This document shows, in pieces, positions 57,479 to 64,000 of a stretch of DNA of 64,000 bases. The translations under genes and the position numbers were made by a program. The notes beneath the pieces were generated by a model, which did no database searches, was not told where the DNA came from, and saw only the letters and a program-made list of their open reading frames with translations. This DNA is from a virus (taxonomy: Duplodnaviria > Caudoviricetes). Numbering within the stretch: the stretch's first letter is position 1; each line of letters begins with the position of its first letter. The stretch lies in IMG/VR virus record IMGVR_UViG_3300037067_021792; one strand, 5' to 3'.

Positions 57479-58648
57479 GTGGACAAAGATAAATATCTTT
57501 TTTGGATTTACGGCAATTACTATCAGTCTCACAAGGCGTGGGGAGATATATGTTCGAAAACTAAGGATGCCAGAATTGAAATATTAGATTGTGGACATAA
57601 TCCAGATAACTCCACAGAAGATAATAGGGTTGTAATGGCGGGGGGAGTTATTAAAGCATTAAAAAATAAAGATATCTTTGATAAGAGACCTCGCATAATC
57701 AAATTAAAAGGATTGCCCAGTGATTATACAATCATTACGGACTATCTTCATCTGGTTAATAAGAAATGTGTTTTAGTGATAGATGCTTCCTTTGGGCACT
57801 ATAAATCCAAGCGGTTTAATAGCGCCAAAACAAGTAATTTTTACAAAACCGTTAAAGCTGAGGGTAAAATACTTGAGTTTCCTCTTGAGGCCACCAGACA
57901 CGATAGCGCCGTAAAATGGGTAAAAGATATAGCACTAAATTTTGAAAAAAAAATAGATGATGATGCTGCTCAACTAGTTGTCGAAATGAAGGGCAGAAAT
58001 CTAGATGCATTATATGCGGCGGTAGTCCTTCTGAGGGATTATCAGATTGGCAAGAATATCAAAAAGTCTGACGTTGAGACTGCCTGTGTCTCTACTTTTT
58101 TGAGAACGGTTTGGGATTTAATTGAAAGTATTTTTGCACAAGACTACAATAATGCGTTATTGCATATGCAGCGATTTTATCAGCTTTCAGAAGTTCCATC
58201 TGAATTTCCGTCTATGACGTATGAAATGCTTGGAGCACTGATGTATAAATTCCGGCCATTAGTTTTAATCAAAGACAGTATCAATGATAAAGACCCAACG
58301 TTTGACAATGTAAAGGCGGCACTGTTTGGCTATAAAAGAATTGATAAGAAGAACTCAGATGGAGAAGACGAAGATCAAAGCACCGAATATAAAGAAATGT
58401 ATGACGATAGATTCATAGGAATGAGCTTACAGGACAGTGGGTTTAATCGCATGCTCCGACTGTCCCGCGACCAGATTTATAGTAAATACTCTGAAATACT
58501 GGAAGTTCAGAAATATGTAAGAATCGAAGCTAGAAGCAATACGCAAATCAAAGAAGCACTAGATTCACTAATCATGGTTCTTTGCGGAACAATTACTCCA
58601 TCGGTGTCAAAGCAAGTGCGTAAATATAAAGTAGACTTGGAGGCATGA
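57479..58648 (+). CDS. holA: Divergent DNA polymerase III delta subunit
   Basis: FWIYG, IDDDAAQLVVEMKGRNL, VWDLIESI..DYNNAL. Confidence 0.65.
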   Translation: MDKDKYLFWIYGNYYQSHKAWGDICSKTKDARIEILDCGHNPDNSTEDNRVVMAGGVIKALKNKDIFDKRPRIIKLKGLPSDYTIITDYLHLVNKKCVLVIDASFGHYKSKRFNSAKTSNFYKTVKAEGKILEFPLEATRHDSAVKWVKDIALNFEKKIDDDAAQLVVEMKGRNLDALYAAVVLLRDYQIGKNIKKSDVETACVSTFLRTVWDLIESIFAQDYNNALLHMQRFYQLSEVPSEFPSMTYEMLGALMYKFRPLVLIKDSINDKDPTFDNVKAALFGYKRIDKKNSDGEDEDQSTEYKEMYDDRFIGMSLQDSGFNRMLRLSRDQIYSKYSEILEVQKYVRIEARSNTQIKEALDSLIMVLCGTITPSVSKQVRKYKVDLEA

Positions 58649-58852
58649 ATGTCAGAAGCAAAAGAAATAGAAGTTACAATAGATCAAGAGGGCAACATAG
58701 AAGTTGAGATGTTTGGGTATCACGGCAAAGGATGCCATGATATTCTACAAAAGATATCAGCTGCCCTCGGTAAGTCCATAAAGATTAGCAAAAAGCCAGA
58801 TTTCTATAAGCCAGTTCAAAAGGAAAAGGTTAAAATTGTAAGAGGCATGTAA
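58649..58852 (+). CDS. DUF2997-like small protein
   Basis: IEVTID..G.IEVE..G..GKGC...LG...KPDFY. Confidence 0.7.
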   Translation: MSEAKEIEVTIDQEGNIEVEMFGYHGKGCHDILQKISAALGKSIKISKKPDFYKPVQKEKVKIVRGM

Positions 58853-58866
58853 TTAGGAGAAATGTC

Positions 58867-60240
58867 GTGAAAAGAGTGTTGAGCATTTTGTTGGGATTGG
58901 TTTTTGCTAGTACTGCTTTTGCGCAGGCGGTTGTTTCGTCACTATCGATACTAGATAATGAGCCACTGGAATATGTGTCGGGAGATATCACTAATGACGA
59001 TCCAACCTACGGTCCATGTGCTGGGTATTATTATGATGACGCCTATGTGAATAGCTATTATGCGATTACTATTTATGTGGTTAATAATGGATATGAGGGA
59101 TATGTTTCGATTCCATATTCTTCGTTCGAATACGATTGGGATTATTGTCGATGGGAATATAATTTAAGTAGTCCAATTAGTATTAACGGAAGCAACAGCC
59201 AGCACCAGACTCGTCGAGTTGCTGTTTTAAATAATTTGTTTGTTGGATTTAAGTTAAAATTGCCATATGAAATTAGATATTCATATTCTGCCGTATTAGA
59301 TGAGATACCAGATGGTTTTGGCACACCAAGAACGCCAGATACCGGATTAATTTATATCATTCCCTCAGATGTTATTATTCCTTACGGCAGATATGAGGCA
59401 CGGTGTCGGACAACTCATGGTGGAACTGACACGAATGGCGATGGATTTCAAAATAATGCCATTGGGCAGGAAGCAAATGATCCATCTGGTGAAAATAGCA
59501 TGGAATATTTCTATGTAGACAGTGAAACGGATAGATTGTTTTTTGAGCGAGGATTTGCATGGTTGTCATGTGAAGACGATTCAATGATGTATTCTATACA
59601 GTCGCCATCTTATCCGGATTACTCTGAAATTCTAGATTCTAGTATTTTCATGTTTGGTATTTACAATGTACTGGAAACATCTTGTGGTGACAACATTTCG
59701 GGGACCGAAGTTTTTAATTTAATGCGACGATTGATGGTGGACGCTTCGGCTTATGACTGTCTTACCCTGGAGCCCATGCAAGGGGTCACAATTCACGGTT
59801 TGCCGGGTGATCCACAAACTGATGAAAACGGTAGAGTTTTGGTCACAGTTGAATACGGTTGGAGTAGTCCTGGCATTTTTCCGACCACTTCTGATACGTG
59901 TGATTATTTTGTGCCAACATCTGCGGGTCCAATTGAAAACCTAACTGTAGATCTGGTCGATAGCCTTAATTTTTGTAGACTTAAGTATCTATTCGAAATA
60001 ACCGGGAGAGTAACAGATGAATCTAATAATGGGATAGGTGAAGTTTGGATGGATGGGCTGGGGCATCCTACAGATATGGATGGATACTATTATGGTGGTA
60101 TTACTTCTATTATAGAATGTGGTTGGACAATAACGGTTACTCCCATAAAGGAAGGGTATAGTTTTACACCGCAAAGCAGATATTACGAAAATATCCATGA
60201 AAACTACGTCAACCAGGACTACGTTGGCACTCAAGAATGA
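58867..60240 (+). CDS. Secreted beta-rich protein with C-terminal carboxypeptidase-regulatory/Ig-like repeats
   Basis: Signal peptide AFA-Q; TDENG / TDMDGYY; VTPIKEGYSFTP. Confidence 0.7.
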   Translation: MKRVLSILLGLVFASTAFAQAVVSSLSILDNEPLEYVSGDITNDDPTYGPCAGYYYDDAYVNSYYAITIYVVNNGYEGYVSIPYSSFEYDWDYCRWEYNLSSPISINGSNSQHQTRRVAVLNNLFVGFKLKLPYEIRYSYSAVLDEIPDGFGTPRTPDTGLIYIIPSDVIIPYGRYEARCRTTHGGTDTNGDGFQNNAIGQEANDPSGENSMEYFYVDSETDRLFFERGFAWLSCEDDSMMYSIQSPSYPDYSEILDSSIFMFGIYNVLETSCGDNISGTEVFNLMRRLMVDASAYDCLTLEPMQGVTIHGLPGDPQTDENGRVLVTVEYGWSSPGIFPTTSDTCDYFVPTSAGPIENLTVDLVDSLNFCRLKYLFEITGRVTDESNNGIGEVWMDGLGHPTDMDGYYYGGITSIIECGWTITVTPIKEGYSFTPQSRYYENIHENYVNQDYVGTQE

Positions 60241-60248
60241 CTAAAAAC

Positions 60249-60404
60249 ATGAACATCAGTATTCACTTTGAGCCAAAAGATATTTGGATTGGAGTATTTT
60301 GGGATACAATCCCATTGCCCGATCACATGGAGGAGGTATTCGTATACATTTGTCTATTACCCTGCCTGCCTATTTGTATTAGATGGGAAAGAGACACGGA
60401 TTGA
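60249..60404 (+). CDS. 51-aa hypothetical protein
   Basis: MNISIHFEPKDIWIGVFW...YICLLPCLPI fills the gap. Confidence 0.5.
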   Translation: MNISIHFEPKDIWIGVFWDTIPLPDHMEEVFVYICLLPCLPICIRWERDTD

Positions 60405-60420
60405 ATATAGGAGAATTATT

Positions 60421-61236
60421 ATGCAAAATCCAGATGTTGGAGTCATTGGTTGCGGATTTGTAGGTGGAGCAGTTTCGAGAGCTTTTAGTCCGTATACTAA
60501 TATTAAGGTTTATGATAAAAGACCGGAATTCTGTTCACACTCTTTGAAAGAAGTTTGTAGTTCTGATTTTGTATTCATTTGTGTGCCGACGCCTATGAGT
60601 GTAGATGGTTCATGCGATATATCGATTTTAGAATCAGTCTGCCAAGATATCTGCAAAGCTGGCGTTATGGAAAAAACTGTATTTATACACAAATCTACAG
60701 TCCCGGTTGGCACCACAACAATGCTAGGTAAAAAGTATGGGCTTAAACTTATTTTTAGTCCAGAATTTCTCACCGCTCGGCACGCAGATATTGATTTTTT
60801 GATGGCGAATAGAAACATTTTGGGCGGTAATCCTGAATGGGTTGAAAAGGTATCTGCGCTTTTTCAGCACCGATTTCCTAATCGTCCAATTATACGTATG
60901 ACAGCCGAGGAAGCCGAAGCTGTGAAATACACTGTTAATTGTTTTCTGGCTACAGTCGTGATATTCTTTAATGAAATTAAATTAGGACTATGCGATAAAT
61001 ATGGATTGGATTACAGCAGAGTTCTTGGGCAAGTCATGTCGGATGGTCGAATAGGGTATAGTCATGCTCAAGTTCCGGGGATTGATGGCGATTGTGGGTT
61101 CGGTGGGAGCTGTTTTCCAAAGGACCTTAACTCATTAATTTGTCAGATGGAACAGAAGGGATTTGATCCTAAATTACTAAAAGCTTGCTGGCAACAAAAT
61201 CTTGTCGTCAGAAAGCACAGAGACTGGGAACATTGA
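60421..61236 (+). CDS. UDP-glucose/GDP-mannose dehydrogenase family, short form
   Basis: GCGFVG, CVPTP, KSTVPVG, SPEFL, GFGGSCFPKD; AGGAG SD before 60421. Confidence 0.88.
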   Translation: MQNPDVGVIGCGFVGGAVSRAFSPYTNIKVYDKRPEFCSHSLKEVCSSDFVFICVPTPMSVDGSCDISILESVCQDICKAGVMEKTVFIHKSTVPVGTTTMLGKKYGLKLIFSPEFLTARHADIDFLMANRNILGGNPEWVEKVSALFQHRFPNRPIIRMTAEEAEAVKYTVNCFLATVVIFFNEIKLGLCDKYGLDYSRVLGQVMSDGRIGYSHAQVPGIDGDCGFGGSCFPKDLNSLICQMEQKGFDPKLLKACWQQNLVVRKHRDWEH

Positions 61237-61258
61237 TTAAAATATCGGAGAATTGCTA

Positions 61259-61792
61259 ATGAAAATTCGTAGCGGTTTTGTATCAAACAGCTCGTCCTCA
61301 TCATTTTTGGTTCCACTAGATAAATTCAAAAATGTGTTTGACCTAGCACGTAAAATGATTGCATTACGAAATAAAGATTGGAATGAAGATGGTTTTGAAA
61401 CTGGACCAGAATTGTTTGAAGTTATTGACGACCTAGAACAGAGCGGGATGGATCCCAATACTTCAGTTTCGTTTCCTACGACAAATTATAATACTTGGAT
61501 TATTCAAACTCCGGATGGATATTTGGTTGATACTTGCAATAATCACGATTGGATATTTGAAGGAGTTCGAGCAGAGCATATATGGGATTTTAATATTCCA
61601 GGATATACCGAGAAAGACGGTCATAGATTGCAAGACAATAGGGTTTATTTTTTGCATTTAGGATTGTTCGGTAAATTGGTTAAAGGTCATAGGTGGTATG
61701 ATACTTGCAAAAATTGTAGTGGATATTTGTTAAAGCTCGATGACGATAGCGTTATTTGTCCAGTGTGCAAAGGTTTGGGGGATATTTGGTGA
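61259..61792 (+). CDS. MKIRxxFVSNSSS-family protein with C-terminal zinc ribbon
   Basis: MKIRSGFVSNSSSSSF; CKNC...CPVC. Confidence 0.75.
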   Translation: MKIRSGFVSNSSSSSFLVPLDKFKNVFDLARKMIALRNKDWNEDGFETGPELFEVIDDLEQSGMDPNTSVSFPTTNYNTWIIQTPDGYLVDTCNNHDWIFEGVRAEHIWDFNIPGYTEKDGHRLQDNRVYFLHLGLFGKLVKGHRWYDTCKNCSGYLLKLDDDSVICPVCKGLGDIW

Positions 61793-61825
61793 TAAACATC
61801 GAATTTGACGTTTTGGAGGATAGTC

Positions 61826-61993
61826 ATGATTGAACAGGATTTGTTGAACGCGATTAAGCAACTAACGGAAGCTATTAATAATCTTTATAAGGTAACCGAG
61901 GAATTCTCGAAGGCGAATAAGGCGAATGCTGCCAACTTGGTGAGTATTAGGGATTCTCTGCGAAGAGCAGAAACAGAAAGGGTCGTTTACTAA
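61826..61993 (+). CDS. Small coiled-coil protein
   Basis: GGAGG SD. Confidence 0.5.
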   Translation: MIEQDLLNAIKQLTEAINNLYKVTEEFSKANKANAANLVSIRDSLRRAETERVVY

Positions 61994-62178
61994 TGGATAT
62001 TGAATTTGAAATATTAGAAGATGGAAGCGTTCTGATTAATAGGCAGAATCAGGATTATAATGATATGGTCCGGAAGTTTTTTAGTGGTATAATTGAAGAT
62101 GAGGAAGCACTAAATTCATTTCTTTCCGCAACGGAAAATGTTGAAATAGTTTTTGGCCCACACACAATGTGCGGATAA
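61993..62178 (+). CDS. Small hypothetical protein
   Basis: TAATG overlap. Confidence 0.5.
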   Translation: MDIEFEILEDGSVLINRQNQDYNDMVRKFFSGIIEDEEALNSFLSATENVEIVFGPHTMCG

Positions 62179-62202
62179 ATTTCAAGGATTATAGTCCACA
62201 AA

Positions 62203-62211
62203 CGGTATAAT
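62203..62211 (+). promoter_or_regulatory. CGGTATAAT -10-type promoter
   Basis: Third copy of the 9-mer; ATG follows 11 nt later with no SD. Confidence 0.5.
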
Positions 62212-62222
62212 GTAATATCGTT

Positions 62223-62822
62223 ATGGACTTTAATCTTAAGAAAATTGCGTCATTTGATCCAGCATCACAGAAAAACATCGGTTGGAGTCTCTGCGAAGTT
62301 CTGTGTAAAGACGGTAAATTTGACATAACCCGATGTGTTGCAGATACTTTCGTGATGGATGAATATGATAACAGATGGGCATGTTATTGGCCCATGTTTC
62401 AGAAAATAGAACAATTCCTGAGCGAAAATAAACCAGATATTTTAATCATGGAGAAGACCAGTGTTTTTGCTGGTGGATTCGTGACGGGTCAGGTGGCCCA
62501 ATGCATGGGTGCTATTTTTGTTGCCGCAGGTAAATACGGAATAAAGGATATTGTTTTCGTATATCCTACGTCAGTTAAGAAAACAGTAGCAGGGCATGGC
62601 AAGTCTACCAAATCGCAAATTAAACGAGCTGTTAACTATTTGACTAAGAGCTTTGAATGTGGGCAGTCGAAGCTGTCGTCTGATCACGCCTATGACGCTG
62701 TTGCGAATATATTATTCTACCTAATAGAAGAAAAATATATTGATCCTTTAACGTCATTTCCGTGGTTAACCGCAAAACAACTGAAAACGAGGAAAAATAA
62801 TGGCAAAGTCAAAAAAACTTAG
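62223..62822 (+). CDS. ruvC: RuvC-like Holliday junction resolvase
   Basis: SFDP, LIMEK, PTSVKKTVAGHGKSTKSQI, DHAYDAVA. Confidence 0.88.
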   Translation: MDFNLKKIASFDPASQKNIGWSLCEVLCKDGKFDITRCVADTFVMDEYDNRWACYWPMFQKIEQFLSENKPDILIMEKTSVFAGGFVTGQVAQCMGAIFVAAGKYGIKDIVFVYPTSVKKTVAGHGKSTKSQIKRAVNYLTKSFECGQSKLSSDHAYDAVANILFYLIEEKYIDPLTSFPWLTAKQLKTRKNNGKVKKT

Positions 62823-63618
62823 CGAAGATTACGCGATTAAGCACGAAATAGAAGAAAGCCTCAAAACCTCTAATTATCTAGACAAAGTTGCCGAAGTGCT
62901 AGAAAAGGGAGGATCAATTGGTGAAGGCATAGTTCCTGACTACTCCGGAAATTCTGGTGGTTTAACTAAAAGCAAAGGTGGTATGACTGTTGGGCACAGT
63001 ACTGCCAATGAGAGCAGTTCATTAATACCGATCACTACCGATATGCTTTTTAATGCTGCTACTACAGCACTTAATACTGAGCAAATGGCGTGGGCCATAA
63101 ACAATGATCCAATGGCATCTGCCGATTCATATAAAACAAAAACTAAAACAGCTGCAACTGAAGCACCAGATGTAGAATATGATGGGCCGAAAATATCTAA
63201 AGCCCAGTGGAATGCTATACAAAAATATCCTGCTCTTATTGAGCTACTTGGCACCTCCAAGGGCGATTCTATTGTAAAAGAAATTGCCGCCAAAGTGAAT
63301 GTTATGATGATAGAAAAACTAGCAGAAAATGCCAAGTCTGTTAGTAAGTATGCCGATAAGTGTATTGTAGACAGGAAGAATATTAAACAATATTTCGTCG
63401 GCGAAAATAATGAGTGGGCCTGTCAAGTCACTGCTAATGGGCCATTTCGTGGGAATGAAGCAATATATTACGATCCAGAAAAAGAGGATGCGTATATCCT
63501 CAGATTGTCCGATAATGCATGGGTAGATGTCACTGATGAATTCAATGTGGTGCACGATTTTGCTAGCACCGAAAAAGTTAAAGATTCACCAGAGAACATC
63601 CCAGATATTGTGGAGTAA
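62800..63618 (+). CDS. Hypothetical protein
   Basis: Intact 272-aa ORF with GAGG SD. Confidence 0.65.
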   Translation: MAKSKKLSEDYAIKHEIEESLKTSNYLDKVAEVLEKGGSIGEGIVPDYSGNSGGLTKSKGGMTVGHSTANESSSLIPITTDMLFNAATTALNTEQMAWAINNDPMASADSYKTKTKTAATEAPDVEYDGPKISKAQWNAIQKYPALIELLGTSKGDSIVKEIAAKVNVMMIEKLAENAKSVSKYADKCIVDRKNIKQYFVGENNEWACQVTANGPFRGNEAIYYDPEKEDAYILRLSDNAWVDVTDEFNVVHDFASTEKVKDSPENIPDIVE

Positions 63619-63621
63619 ACG

Positions 63622-63963
63622 ATGAGAATAATTTTTGTTTTATTGGTTTCACTGTTGCTTTTTGTAGGATGTGCCAAGAATGGCTCGGTGGAATATATTC
63701 AAGTGGTTCATGACCATAAAGTGTTAACAAATGAAACACTAGATGCTGTCGTGGCATCTATACAAGATGATGTTGCAAACATTAGATCGGCAGGAAAGTT
63801 AACCCCAGAGATCGAGACGAGTGCTCAGCAGCTAATTGATAGACTCATTGTGATCAAAATGCAGAGTACTGTTATGTCTAATTATGTTGATACTATTATT
63901 GTTGATGAAGAGCTATTATCTCAACTAGTAAGGGCTAGGTGGGATGAATCTCGTGAATACTAA
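63622..63963 (+). CDS. Lipoprotein
   Basis: LFVGC lipobox. Confidence 0.65.
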   Translation: MRIIFVLLVSLLLFVGCAKNGSVEYIQVVHDHKVLTNETLDAVVASIQDDVANIRSAGKLTPEIETSAQQLIDRLIVIKMQSTVMSNYVDTIIVDEELLSQLVRARWDESREY

Positions 63964-64000
63964 GGAGGAATTATATGTTTAAGGAATTGTTTTTGAATGT

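Noticed and set aside
60268-60420. Long N-terminal extension of the UGD-like ORF
   Set aside because: SD and Rossmann motif support 60421; a separate 51-aa ORF occupies 60249-60404
1603-63677. Many short antisense or nested ORFs in the ORF track (for example 1603..1947, 47758..48090, 62940..63335)
   Set aside because: Shadow frames of well-supported + strand genes, with no motifs
1-64000. Alternative genetic code (stop reassignment)
   Set aside because: Recognisable genes are full length in code 11 and end in TAA, TGA and TAG at expected positions; reading through the topA-N TGA gives no TopA-like sequence

Overview
AT-rich, densely coded window with almost all genes on the + strand. It most resembles part of a huge (jumbo) bacteriophage genome: strings of tiny ORFs, ThyX, dCMP deaminase, dNMP kinase, RuvC, a divergent clamp and clamp loader, a stand-alone sigma factor, and no ribosomal or rRNA genes. 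No virion genes are visible, so a megaplasmid or other large element is not excluded. Positions 1-30.4 kb are one large nucleotide-sugar/glycan-modification cluster (three ThDP enzyme systems, epimerases, many glycosyltransferases, FkbM and B12-radical-SAM methylases, an atypical DAHP-synthase/cytidylyltransferase module) interrupted by an intact tnpB-only IS. Positions 31.7-32.4 kb hold a promoter-driven cluster of structured RNAs. Three of them share a covarying stem/internal-loop module (CCUAA...UACAAAC) with different payloads, one payload being a tRNA-like cloverleaf. A divergent TROVE/Ro60-like VWA gene lies about 2.6 kb downstream, so this is a candidate new Ro/Y-RNA-type system. Positions 40.7-43.9 kb hold a type IA topoisomerase cleanly split in two by an AAA+ ATPase gene. 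The rest is replication, chaperone and transcription genes plus many small hypothetical ORFs. All family assignments are from motif recognition by eye; no searches were run.
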